From an uncultured Aliiroseovarius sp. (lineage in GTDB: Bacteria; Pseudomonadota; Alphaproteobacteria; Rhodobacterales; Rhodobacteraceae), in the NCBI GenBank assembly GCA_964401125.1, contig CAYNXK010000001.1:1-42919 (forward strand): DNA of 42,919 nt, in the 5' to 3' direction. Made by a program: the position numbers and the translations under genes. Below, piece after piece: positions 28,594-37,477 of the stretch (its first letter is position 1; each line of letters starts with the position of its first letter). The notes under the pieces are model-generated. The model saw only the letters and a program-made list of their open reading frames with translations, searched no databases and had not been told where the DNA came from.

Positions 28594-29226
28594 TCAGCGG
28601 CAATATGGCCCTGAGCCGTGTCGGGCCGTATCAAAATGCAGGTGGTTCTGATGGAAGCGGTCAGAGTTTGGCCCAAGAACCGTACCAAATGGGCCACAGG
28701 CCGAGCTATGCAAGGCGCGAATGATGCGACGGTCGCGCCGCTCATGCCAGCCACGCAAAACCGAGATATGGTCGCCATTTTGTAGGGTGATTCCTGAAAT
28801 ATCAATGGCGCGGCCCTTGCCGTGTTCTGAGATGCGCGCTCCGGGTTGATGATTGCGGGTGCGACACGCGTAATGTGCGGCTACCTTCAGTTCTGCCAGC
28901 CCGCCGCCCCGGTTTCCAACCGCCGGAATGGCCCCTTGCTGGACCCAGGTGTTCAGGGTTCTCGCCGTATTGCAATCCATTATCGCAGCCTGGCTTAGGC
29001 GCACGCCGGCAACCTCGGTCACGCGCACGGGGTTTGCCACACCGCAACCGGGCAGGCGCCCCGGAATGGTGGCAATGGTCTCGCCTCTGATCTGGCTGAC
29101 ACCACAGACCGAGCCAGCCATTCCGCTGGCATGAGGCTCGGGGCCAGACGATCTTGATGAGCCGCAGGCGACCAGCGCCAATGTTGAGAAAACCAAAAAA
29201 CCAAGGCTGAATATTCGATGCTGCAT
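28594..29226 (-). CDS. Extensin-like C-terminal domain lipoprotein (peptidase-M15-like fold family)
   Basis: The lipobox is LALVAC. ...VRLSQAAIMDCNTARTLNTWV...LKVAAHYACRTRN...SEHGKGRAIDISGI...FHQNHLHFD matches the bacterial 'extensin family protein' pattern. The start is ATG 29226 or GTG 29232, the latter overlapping the tyrC stop. Confidence 0.75.
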   Translation of the reverse strand: MQHRIFSLGFLVFSTLALVACGSSRSSGPEPHASGMAGSVCGVSQIRGETIATIPGRLPGCGVANPVRVTEVAGVRLSQAAIMDCNTARTLNTWVQQGAIPAVGNRGGGLAELKVAAHYACRTRNHQPGARISEHGKGRAIDISGITLQNGDHISVLRGWHERRDRRIIRALHSSACGPFGTVLGPNSDRFHQNHLHFDTARHGSGPYCR

Positions 29227-29228
29227 GC

Positions 29229-30146
29229 TCACTCTTTTCTGTTGCGGCCAAAATCTGGCGCCTCTGTATCTTGCCCGGCTTCGATGATGCCTCGTCTGAT
29301 GGCGCGGGTGCGGCTGAAATAATCATGCAACAGGTCGCCATCACCGGTGCGAATGGCACGTTGCAAAGCAAAGAGCTCCTCGGTAAAGCGGCCAAGAACT
29401 TCCAGTGTTGCCTCTTTGTTGGTCAGAAACACATCACGCCACATGGTCGGGTCCGAGGCCGCAATGCGGGTGAAATCACGAAACCCGGCGGCGGAATATT
29501 TAATGACCTCGCTGTCAGTAACCCGGCGCAGATCATCGGCCACACCCACCATTGTATAGGCAATCAGATGCGGCGCATGGCTGGTTACTGCCAGCACCAG
29601 ATCATGATGCTCGGCGTCCATTTCCTCCACATGTGCTCCCATGCCACGCCACAGAGAAGCCAGCCGCCCGACTGCATCCACATCAGTTTCTGGCAAGGGT
29701 GTCAGCAAGCACCAGCGGTTGTTAAACAGCTCGGCAAAGCCCGCATGCGGCCCGCTATGCTCGGTGCCTGCCAGTGGGTGGCCGGGGATAAAATGCACGT
29801 GTTCCGGCATATGCGGCGCCACCGCTGCAATCACCGCCTGCTTGGCCGAGCCAACATCGGTAACCGTTGCTCCCCGCGCCAAATGCTCGCCAATTTCAGC
29901 GGCCACCGCGCCCATCGCGCCCATGGGCACACAAAGAACCACAAGGTCAGCGCCCTGCACGGCAGCAGCGGCGCTGTCTTCGACCCGGTTGCAAAAGCCA
30001 AGGTCACGCACGGTTTTGCGGGTCTCGGCCGAGCGCGCAAATCCGACAATTTCGCCCGCCAGCCCGGCCTGACGCATTGCCCGCGCCATGGAGCCGGCAA
30101 TCAGCCCCAGCCCGATCAGGGCGACACGCTCATAAAGGACCGTCAC
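29229..30146 (-). CDS. tyrC: Prephenate/arogenate dehydrogenase
   Basis: Rossmann N terminus [14 protein letters not shown], then ...[15 protein letters not shown]... It is coupled (ATGA) to hisC upstream, the conserved hisC-tyrC pair of alphaproteobacteria. Confidence 0.85.
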   Translation of the reverse strand: MTVLYERVALIGLGLIAGSMARAMRQAGLAGEIVGFARSAETRKTVRDLGFCNRVEDSAAAAVQGADLVVLCVPMGAMGAVAAEIGEHLARGATVTDVGSAKQAVIAAVAPHMPEHVHFIPGHPLAGTEHSGPHAGFAELFNNRWCLLTPLPETDVDAVGRLASLWRGMGAHVEEMDAEHHDLVLAVTSHAPHLIAYTMVGVADDLRRVTDSEVIKYSAAGFRDFTRIAASDPTMWRDVFLTNKEATLEVLGRFTEELFALQRAIRTGDGDLLHDYFSRTRAIRRGIIEAGQDTEAPDFGRNRKE

Positions 30147-31237
30147 TGAGTTTTATCAGCCAAAAACAGACCAATCGCATGTGCCACCCGGCGGCAGGAT
30201 GGCTCATCTCCCACTGTGATTCGCAGAGCTTCGGGCAGGCCGTAGCCCGCCACTTTGCGCACGATCAGCCCGGCATTGAGCAGGTGCTCATAGCAGGCTT
30301 CGGCCAGCACCGGGCTATCAAACCGAGCCAGCACAAAGTTGGCTTCGCTCGCATCCACCTCAAGCCCTAGATTGCGTAAAGCCTGCACCAGCCAGTCGCG
30401 CATGCGCTTGTTTTCAGCCTGGCACTTTTCCACATGAGTCGTGTCACGCATAGCCGCTTCAGCCGTGGCAAGCTGTGGTTCCGCAAGGTTGAAGGGGGCA
30501 CGTACCCGGTTCAGCACATCCACCACCTGTGTTGGGCCGTAAGCCCAGCCCACGCGCAAACCACCAAGGCCATAAAGTTTGGAAAAGGTCCGTATAATCA
30601 CCACATTGCTGCGGGGTTTAACCAGTCGAGCCGAGCCATCAAAGCCCTCAACATATTCTGCATAGGCTCCGTCAAGCACCAGCAGCACATGTGGCGGCAG
30701 GTTTGCGGCGAGGCGCGCGATATCCTTGTTCGCAACCATGGTGCCAGTGGGGTTGCCGGGGTTGGCAATAAAGATCAGCCGGGTTTTTGCACCGGCGCGT
30801 GCCAAAATGGCATCCACATCGACCACGCGATTGCGCTCGGCCACACTGACCGGCGTAGCACCGGCCGCCAACGCATTGATGCGGTACATGGCAAAACCGT
30901 GCTCGGTGTGAATTACCTCATCACCTGGTCCGGTATAGGCATGGCATAACAACGCAATGATCTCGTCTGAGCCGGCACCGCAAACGATGCGCGCGGCATC
31001 CAGCCCGTGTACCTTGCCAATAGTGGCACGCAAGGCTGCGTGATCGGTCGATGGATAACGATGCAGCGCATGGCCGGCGCGGCGGTAGGCTTCAAGAGCC
31101 ATATCACCTGGGCCGAACGGGTTTTCGTTCGAGCTTAGCTTCACAATTTCCTGCTGGCCCTCGGCAGATGACAACCCACCAACATATGGGATGATCTTCA
31201 TAATGCCGGGCTGTGGTGCAATCTTACTCATCAACAT
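30143..31237 (-). CDS. hisC: Histidinol-phosphate aminotransferase
   Basis: [11 protein letters not shown]..., ANPGNPTG, and the PLP lysine context [16 protein letters not shown]. 364 aa. Confidence 0.88.
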   Translation of the reverse strand: MLMSKIAPQPGIMKIIPYVGGLSSAEGQQEIVKLSSNENPFGPGDMALEAYRRAGHALHRYPSTDHAALRATIGKVHGLDAARIVCGAGSDEIIALLCHAYTGPGDEVIHTEHGFAMYRINALAAGATPVSVAERNRVVDVDAILARAGAKTRLIFIANPGNPTGTMVANKDIARLAANLPPHVLLVLDGAYAEYVEGFDGSARLVKPRSNVVIIRTFSKLYGLGGLRVGWAYGPTQVVDVLNRVRAPFNLAEPQLATAEAAMRDTTHVEKCQAENKRMRDWLVQALRNLGLEVDASEANFVLARFDSPVLAEACYEHLLNAGLIVRKVAGYGLPEALRITVGDEPSCRRVAHAIGLFLADKTQ

Positions 31238-31416
31238 ATACCCCCGTGTCAGTCTTAGCTGCCCAAAGGGATCACGGAAAGGCCGAAACCTATTCCTGCT
31301 CCGATTGCTGAAAGGTGTTGGAAAAAAGACTCAGTCAGGGGCCACACAAAGGCAGCCCCTGTAATTTGAAAGTGCACCGAAAAGCATTGTTCCTCGGTGT
31401 ACTTTATCCATATGCT

Positions 31417-32037
31417 CTAGTTTTTGGCGTAGAATTCCACGACCAGGTTCGGCTCCATCACCACCGGATAGGGCACATCACCCAAGGAAGGTGTGCGTGT
31501 AAAAGTGGCCGTCATTTTTGAGTGATCGGCCTCAATGTAGTCGGGTACATCACGCTCAGGCAAGCCAACAGCCTCAAGCACCACGGTGAGTTGCTTGGAA
31601 CGGTCACGCACCTCGATCACGTCGCCCTCTTTTACCCGATAGCTGGCGATGTTCACGCGGCTTCCATTCACACGCACGTGGCCATGGTTAACAAACTGAC
31701 GCGCGGCAAACACTGTGGGTACGAACTTGGCGCGGTAGACAACCGCGTCAAGGCGGCGCTCAAGCAGGCCGATCAGGTTTTCACCAGTATCACCACGAAC
31801 CCGCTCGGCTTCGGCATAAATGCGGCGAAATTGCTTTTCAGTCAGATCGCCATAATAGCCCTTCAGCTTTTGCTTGGCGCGCAATTGCAGGCCAAAGTCA
31901 GAAAGCTTGCCCTTACGGCGCTGACCGTGCTGACCGGGGCCATAGTCGCGGCGATTGACCGGAGATTTCGGGCGGCCCCAGATATTTTCGCCCATCCGGC
32001 GGTCGATTTTGTACTTGGCAGACGTGCGTTTGGTCAC
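31417..32037 (-). CDS. rpsD: 30S ribosomal protein S4
   Basis: [26 protein letters not shown]...[16 protein letters not shown]...[21 protein letters not shown] (S4 domain). 206 aa. Confidence 0.97.
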   Translation of the reverse strand: MTKRTSAKYKIDRRMGENIWGRPKSPVNRRDYGPGQHGQRRKGKLSDFGLQLRAKQKLKGYYGDLTEKQFRRIYAEAERVRGDTGENLIGLLERRLDAVVYRAKFVPTVFAARQFVNHGHVRVNGSRVNIASYRVKEGDVIEVRDRSKQLTVVLEAVGLPERDVPDYIEADHSKMTATFTRTPSLGDVPYPVVMEPNLVVEFYAKN

Positions 32038-32285
32038 GGCTGGTCACTCCTTTATTTGCTTCGCGAATGGTCCGCGATTATATGAGCGTGTTGTCCTTTG
32101 GCCAAAGCCCGACAGGCATCCCCTTGCGAGGGCCTCCAACACCAATGAAAGCGCGCTTATAGCGCTCACAGAGATGGTGTCAACGTTGCCCCTTGGCTGA
32201 TGTGTTGCAAAAGGCGCTCGTAAGGCGAAGTATAAAGATACAAAGCTCCCTAGCCGGCAGGTGGGAGCCCGCCAGAGGATACCAC

Positions 32286-32513
32286 ATGCACCTCATCCTG
32301 ATTGCATTCTATCATTGGTTCTACCTTGGCCGGTATGCGGTGGTAGTAGATTTGGTTGCCGGAATCAGTAACCACTGGCCGCTTTTGAACGCCGCTGCAT
32401 TGGGCTGGCTGGTGGGCTGGCCTGTTGCATGGGTCGTGTCAAAATGTCTCAGGGGGCAGGCTATTGATACAGATCAAGGAAGGGCTATGTTTCAGGCCAT
32501 ATCCAAGACCTGA
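32286..32513 (+). CDS. Small membrane protein (75 aa), paralog of the next ORF
   Basis: ATG 32286 is preceded by AGAGGA. It has two hydrophobic helices and shares the C-terminal motif GWPVAWVVSKCL with GFPATWIIAKKL of the following ORF. Confidence 0.5.
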   Translation: MHLILIAFYHWFYLGRYAVVVDLVAGISNHWPLLNAAALGWLVGWPVAWVVSKCLRGQAIDTDQGRAMFQAISKT

Positions 32514-32535
32514 ATAATAATGGGAGGAGCTAGGG

Positions 32536-32721
32536 ATGCTCCGTTTATTTTTACCACTCTATGCAATAGTCGGCACCACTTTGGCCGGGATCGCCATGAT
32601 TGTGGTTCTGGTGATGGGCCATGATACGACACAGCCGATTATCTACGCGGTTGTTATCGGGGCCATCATCGGCTTTCCTGCCACATGGATCATCGCCAAG
32701 AAACTGATGGACCTACGATAG
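32536..32721 (+). CDS. Small membrane protein (61 aa, two TM helices)
   Basis: Strong SD (GGGAGGAG) 7 nt upstream. MLRLFLPLYAIVGTTLAGIAMIVVLVMG...IIYAVVIGAIIGFPATWIIAKKLMDLR. Confidence 0.65.
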   Translation: MLRLFLPLYAIVGTTLAGIAMIVVLVMGHDTTQPIIYAVVIGAIIGFPATWIIAKKLMDLR

Positions 32722-32766
32722 TTCGGGCTTGAGGGGGCAGGGTACAGAGGCTATCTGTGCGCTAGC

Positions 32767-32843
<77 letters not shown>

Positions 32844-32888
32844 CTTGAAACAGTATAAAACGTCAGGGAATTTGGCTTTTCTGTCAGG

Positions 32889-32930
32889 ATATTGACCCAA
32901 GTTAGCGACATATTGACCCAAGTTAGCGAC
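32889..32930. repeat. Perfect 21-bp tandem direct repeat (ATATTGACCCAAGTTAGCGAC x2), 46 nt downstream of tRNA-Arg
   Basis: Read directly: 32889-32909 equals 32910-32930. Confidence 0.95.
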
Positions 32931-33095
32931 CGATTGGTTGGTGGCTGATTGTGCAACAATCGTCAAGAAGCGAAAGCTGCGAACGGGCCCAACACAGCAC
33001 CGAGCCGACAGCTTGGAATCAACGTTAAAGCGGTGGCAAAGTAGCGCAGGCGGGACCACCTTCATGGTGCTCGGATGAGTTAAAGCAAGCGCATT

Positions 33096-33710
33096 TCACG
33101 GTTCTGAGCATTGCAGAGGTGTCCGTGACGTTCCGCCCTCCGTCGCCTCGCGCCAATGCCTCCGGCATAGTGACACATAGGTTTCATTACCGCCGATCTG
33201 CACTTGCTCGCCTGCAATCAGCGCCCGGCCCTGATCGTCTTGGCGCACAACCATGGTTGCTTTTTTGCCACAATGGCAGATTGTGCGGGCCTCGCGCATT
33301 TCATCAGCCAGCGCCAGCAGCTTCGCAGAGCCGGGGAACAGGTTGCCCTGAAAATCCACGCGCAGCCCATAACACATGATCGGTACGCCAAGATCATCAA
33401 CCGCGCAGGCCAGTTGCCAGACTTGATCAGGTGTCAAGAATTGTGCTTCGTCAATAAAAATACAGGCACATGGCCCTGCCTTCAAGCGGTCCGAAATCTT
33501 GGTGAACATATCCTCACCGGCCTCAAATGTATCGGCGTCTTTACCAATGCCGATACGCGAGGCAATGCGGGCATGACCAGCACGATTATCCAGCCGGGCG
33601 GTAAGCAGGTAGGTTTGCATGCCACGTTCAAAATAATTATGCGCCGCCTGCAGCAGCAGGGTCGATTTACCGGCATTCATCGTTGAATAGTGAAAATAGA
33701 GTTTGGCCAT
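33096..33710 (-). CDS. tdk: Thymidine kinase
   Basis: From ATG 33710: MAKLYFHYSTMNAGKSTLLLQ (P-loop), FIDEAQFL, and the C-terminal zinc ribbon CHCGKKAT...VSLCRRH. Confidence 0.92.
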   Translation of the reverse strand: MAKLYFHYSTMNAGKSTLLLQAAHNYFERGMQTYLLTARLDNRAGHARIASRIGIGKDADTFEAGEDMFTKISDRLKAGPCACIFIDEAQFLTPDQVWQLACAVDDLGVPIMCYGLRVDFQGNLFPGSAKLLALADEMREARTICHCGKKATMVVRQDDQGRALIAGEQVQIGGNETYVSLCRRHWREATEGGTSRTPLQCSEP

Positions 33711-34084
33711 ACCCCGGATTACCTCAGACAATGGCTTTTGTTCAAGGGCTCATGCTTAAGCGGCTGGCAATTGGAAAAAGGGTCAGGGGGAGCGGTAGAT
33801 GGACAACAAATAAGAGGTCCGGGGCCAGAAGCCCAGGGATGGAACAGACCCCAAAAATGTTACAGCCAACAAGCCACTCACAATAAGCCAAAACCCGGCC
33901 CATATGCCGCCGCAGGTATATGCAGGCAGCCCCTAACCCGAAACCGGGGCACATGCCCCGGCTACCTCTAAAGCTCCGTTCGCCGGAGTAGCTGTACAAA
34001 ACCATTCCCTTAGCCTGAAAATAATGGGAAAAGAGCAGATAGTTTCCCCGCATATGTGCGCGGGGCTCAGGAACGAGGTGTAAA

Positions 34085-34540
34085 ATGGCCGCAATGGGCT
34101 CTTATTTAAAGAAACATACCGAAACATTGGTTAAGGATGTAGGGCTTGAGGCCGCTTGCGCCCTGACCGGAAAATCAAAGGCTACTTTGGGGCGGTATTA
34201 CTCAAATTCCGAGGAGCATAGTGACAGGTTCATGCCGGTGGATGCCGTGGCCGCCCTGGAAGAAGCGGCGCGTTACCCGCATGTGACCAGTGCTTTGGCC
34301 GAGCTGAAGGGCATCACAGTGTCCTACGACAGTGAAAAACACGATATTCCTGAAGGCGGGGTAAATTCCGATGTCATCGCCCTGAGCCAACGGTTTGCTA
34401 TGCTGATGGCGGAATATCAGCAATCAATCGAAGACGGCAGAATCACGGCCAACGAGGCAAAGCGCCTGCTGCATGAGACATTGGCCATTCAGCGTGTGCT
34501 ATTGAATATGAAGCTGCATTTGGAAGACGAGCAGGTTTAA
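34085..34540 (+). CDS. Putative phage CII (CP76)-like / HTH regulatory protein
   Basis: SD GAGGTG. 151 aa with an HTH-like segment (LEAACALTGKSKATLGRYYSN) and '...RFMPVDAVAALE...'. The C-terminal helix (GRITANEAKRLLHETLAIQRVL) recalls phage 186 CII-family proteins. The family assignment is from memory and tentative. Confidence 0.45.
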   Translation: MAAMGSYLKKHTETLVKDVGLEAACALTGKSKATLGRYYSNSEEHSDRFMPVDAVAALEEAARYPHVTSALAELKGITVSYDSEKHDIPEGGVNSDVIALSQRFAMLMAEYQQSIEDGRITANEAKRLLHETLAIQRVLLNMKLHLEDEQV

Positions 34541-34565
34541 GCTGCGCTTAAAGCCGGCCACAGGC

Positions 34566-34919
34566 TTACCCCAGCAACACCATCAGCCACGCCACACCCG
34601 CCGCAATCGCCGTCATAGCCACGGCGGCGCTGGCAAGGTCTTTGGCTTTGCGAGCCATGTCATGCAGGTCGGTCGAGATGTAATCCACGGCGCGCTCGAC
34701 TGCAGTATTCATCAGTTCGGCGGCCAGTACCAGCAGGCCAAGGGCAAGAATCAGGGCGCGCTCAACAGGTTCCAGAGGTAGCCAAAGGGCAAAACCTGCC
34801 GAGACCACATTGGCCCAAATCCATTGATGCAGCGATTTTTCATTATGCCAGCATTCCAGCCAGCCGGCCCATGACCAGATTACCCGAAGCCTGAACCGCT
34901 CCCATTCACGTTTCAGCAT
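34566..34919 (-). CDS. dgkA: Diacylglycerol kinase (DgkA family)
   Basis: From ATG 34919 (SD AGGAAAGGGA): ...WLECWHNEKSLHQWIWA...LVLAAELMNTAVERAVDYIS...KDLASAAV... The EL(M/L)NTAIE motif is the DgkA signature. 117 aa with three TM helices. Confidence 0.85.
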   Translation of the reverse strand: MLKREWERFRLRVIWSWAGWLECWHNEKSLHQWIWANVVSAGFALWLPLEPVERALILALGLLVLAAELMNTAVERAVDYISTDLHDMARKAKDLASAAVAMTAIAAGVAWLMVLLG

Positions 34920-35049
34920 TTTGTTCCCTTTCCTGCCCCACCCCTTTTGGCAGAAACCATAGGCAGTGCCTTCATTTACCACACCGAAATGGCTTCGCCC
35001 CACCTATGAAGGCATAGTTGCATTAACTTGAAGGCGAGGCAATCAAGCC

Positions 35050-35433
35050 CACATCTTGGCAAGATTAAAGCGTCCCGAACAGGTTATGAAGATGTTCGTT
35101 CTCGCCTTTCGGCCCGGATTGCGGTGGTGAGAGGTGGTTTTTTTGACGCTCTGTTGATGCTTGCTCCACAATCCAGTTGGAACGGCCCAGTTGAAACGGC
35201 CCAGTAGAGCGCGATTGCCATGATGAGCCGGTGGATGCGGGCAGGGCATGGTTACATGCCCGAGCGGAGAACATGGTTTGCACGGGTGATGGGCCGGCTC
35301 AAACCGCCTGAGCACGCGCAGCAGTTTCTTTCCGCCCTCACCGTCGCATTCTAACTGCTAGATTCTACCGCCATGCCAGGTCAGATGCCTTCGCAATCTG
35401 GCACGACATCACCTGTGAAATCGCAGTTGGCTG
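35050..35433 (+). pseudogene. Decayed IS6-family transposase fragment (C-terminal part, frameshifted, internal stop)
   Basis: The pieces fall in three frames. They read ...GGFFDALLML..., ...PVETAQ*SAIA..., ...ARAENMVCTG..., FARVMGRLKPPEHAQQFLSALTVAF*, and RILTARFYRHARSDAFAIWHDITCE. These mirror the IS6/IS6100-type C terminus (...NNRAENSHQ..RRRE..MQRFKS...AQRFLS....F..RRHL...YR..R..AF..W). The N-terminal third is missing. Confidence 0.6.
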
Positions 35434-35529
35434 AAAACCACCCTCTGGGCATTGCTCGTGCGGTAGCCAGTAAGTTGACAATACCCTACATCTATACGCG
35501 GCCAACACCAAAACTACCGCTTTCGGGCC

Positions 35530-36837
35530 TCAATCCATGATCTGAAGCACCGGGCCGGGCATGTTGGGCTGATTTCCTATTTCATAAGCCGCCAGCACCT
35601 GCGATTCTGCCCGGTCAGCGGTCTCTTCACTGTCGCTATGGACTAGGCAGAGAGCATCACCTTTTTGCACCACATCACCAAGGCTCAGAAGGCCGGTCAG
35701 GCCCACAGCCGGGTTGACCTTGTCAGAAGCGAGGCGACGCCCGCCACCCAACTCGACCACGGCAAGGCCAATTTCGCGGGTGGCTATTTTGTGTATATAC
35801 CCAGCACTCGGAGCATTGACCGCGCGGGTGATTTTTGGTTGCATCAGGTATGTGTTGGGGGTTTCAATAAAATCCACAGGCCCGCCCAAAGCCGCCACCA
35901 TACGGCCAAAGCATTCAGCAGCCCGGCCATTTTCTAGCACTTCCAGGGATTTGATCTGCCCGACTTCACGGCTTTGCACCAGCCCGCTGAGCGCCAGCAT
36001 TTCACCGCATAGCGCCAGCGTTACCGTTTTTAGCCGGGGGTCGCGCCTTGTGCCTGTCAGAAAATCAATTGCATTTTGCACCTCAACAGCATTGCCAGCC
36101 GCCGAGGCCAGCGGCTGGTTCATATCGGTGATCAGCGCATTACAGGGCAGCCCGGCGGCCCGGGCCACCCTTGTCAGGCTGCTTGCCAGCTCACGCGCCT
36201 TATCCGGGCTGTCCATGAAGGCACCATCGCCGCATTTCACATCCATCACCAGCCCGCCCAGCCCGGCGGCCAGCTTCTTCGACAGGATCGACGCGGTAAT
36301 CAACGGTACGCTTTCCACCGTGGCGGTAACATCGCGGATGGCATAGAAACGCTTGTCCGCCGGGGCGAGGTTGCCGGTCTGGCCGATGATGGCGCAGCCG
36401 ACCTCGCGCACCACATTGTCGAACAGATCATTGCCGGGCTGACTCGTATAGCCGGGGATCGCATCCATTTTATCAAGCGTGCCGCCGGTATGGCCCAGCC
36501 CGCGCCCCGAGATCATCGGCACGTAGCCACCCGCCGCTGCTATGATCGGGGCCAGCATCAGGCTGACATTATCGCCAACCCCGCCGGTTGAATGTTTGTC
36601 GATGACCGGGCCGGGCAGGTGAGACCAGTCGAAAACATCGCCGCTGTCACGCATGGCCAGCGTCAGGGCGGCGGACTCATCCGGTTGCATGTTTTGAAAG
36701 AACACCGCCATGGCAAAGGCGGCCACCTGGCCTTCACTGGCGGAATTGTTGGAAATGCCTGCGACCATGGCTTTGATCTCAGCTTTGGTAAGCACTCTGC
36801 CATCACGCTTATGGCGGATGATCTCGGAAATCAGCAT
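35530..36837 (-). CDS. deoA: Thymidine phosphorylase
   Basis: From ATG 36837 (SD AGGAAAGGA): MLISEIIRHKRDGRVLTKAEIKAMVAGI...IDKHSTGGVGD...SGRGLGHTGGTLDK... are hallmark DeoA motifs. 435 aa. Confidence 0.92.
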   Translation of the reverse strand: MLISEIIRHKRDGRVLTKAEIKAMVAGISNNSASEGQVAAFAMAVFFQNMQPDESAALTLAMRDSGDVFDWSHLPGPVIDKHSTGGVGDNVSLMLAPIIAAAGGYVPMISGRGLGHTGGTLDKMDAIPGYTSQPGNDLFDNVVREVGCAIIGQTGNLAPADKRFYAIRDVTATVESVPLITASILSKKLAAGLGGLVMDVKCGDGAFMDSPDKARELASSLTRVARAAGLPCNALITDMNQPLASAAGNAVEVQNAIDFLTGTRRDPRLKTVTLALCGEMLALSGLVQSREVGQIKSLEVLENGRAAECFGRMVAALGGPVDFIETPNTYLMQPKITRAVNAPSAGYIHKIATREIGLAVVELGGGRRLASDKVNPAVGLTGLLSLGDVVQKGDALCLVHSDSEETADRAESQVLAAYEIGNQPNMPGPVLQIMD

Positions 36838-36955
36838 GGTGTGTCCTTTCCTGAAAGGCACATATTTGAGCATTTGGCGGAAAGTCTCAAGCCCACGCAG
36901 CGCCACCCGGCGCCATGCGGCTTGCAAACCAGCTCTGCCCCGGCAATACACGCAT

Positions 36956-37477
36956 ATGATCAAACGTGAGGCACAAAAGGGCGATGCTCGCTCTACGGCG
37001 CTATATTCGGACTGCGAGCGCTACCGCTATCAGTTGACCCGTATTTGGCAACCCGCCGGGGGCAAGGTGCTGTTTGTCATGCTGAACCCCTCGACCGCCA
37101 CTGAAGCCCAGAATGACCCTACCGTAGAGCGCTGCGAGCGCCGCGCCCGGGCGCTGGGGTTTGGAGCCTTTCGGGTCACCAATATTTTTGCCTGGCGCAA
37201 TACAGACCCGCGCAAAATGCGTGCTGCTACCGATCCCGTGGGGCCTGAAAATGATTCTACGATTTCCGAAAGCTGCGCCTGGGCTGACCGGGTCATTTGC
37301 GCCTGGGGCACCCATGGTGAACATTTGCAGCGGGGACTGGAAGTGGAAGCCCTGATGCGCACCACCGGCATGACGTTGTTTCATCTGGGCCTAACCAAGG
37401 CGGGGCACCCAAAGCATCCTTTATATATTGCCTACGCGCAACAACCGCAGCCATGGCCTTCAACCCTTTGTGCATGA
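36956..37477 (+). CDS. DUF1643-domain protein
   Basis: From ATG 36956: ...ALYSDCERYRYQLTRIW...VLFVMLNPSTA...NDPTVERC...FGAFRVTNIFAWR...ICAWGTHG...GHPKHPLY matches the conserved DUF1643 layout, from memory. It is divergent from deoA. Confidence 0.7.
   Translation: MIKREAQKGDARSTALYSDCERYRYQLTRIWQPAGGKVLFVMLNPSTATEAQNDPTVERCERRARALGFGAFRVTNIFAWRNTDPRKMRAATDPVGPENDSTISESCAWADRVICAWGTHGEHLQRGLEVEALMRTTGMTLFHLGLTKAGHPKHPLYIAYAQQPQPWPSTLCA

Noticed and set aside
29271-30149. 292-aa plus-strand ORF opposite tyrC (and 29867-30370, 30434-30949 opposite tyrC/hisC)
   Set aside because: It is fully antisense to genes with clear enzyme motifs and has no SD or recognisable domains. It is a shadow ORF.
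31337-31360. Hairpin AGGGGC-N12-GCCCCT downstream of rpsD as its terminator
   Set aside because: On the minus strand the T-run starts 9 nt after the stem and the loop is large. It is plausible but non-canonical, so it is not listed as a feature.
32889-32930. CRISPR array (also considered for 20441-20472)
   Set aside because: There are only two directly abutting copies with no spacers, and no cas genes in the window. These are tandem duplications, not CRISPR.
32931-33095. Tyrosine-recombinase remnant next to the tRNA (minus-strand frame reading ...RLRYFATALTL...)
   Set aside because: Its resemblance to the integrase HxLRHTFAT box covers only a few residues, and it is flanked by stops. That is too weak without a profile search.
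36838-36963. N-terminal extensions of tracked ORFs (deoA to 36963; also ccrM to 25405, dgkA to 35003, trxA to 5882, PAS protein to 16061, CAP to 4257)
   Set aside because: In each case an internal ATG with a good SD yields the canonical family N terminus. The upstream extensions are Cys/Arg-rich or overlap neighbouring genes.
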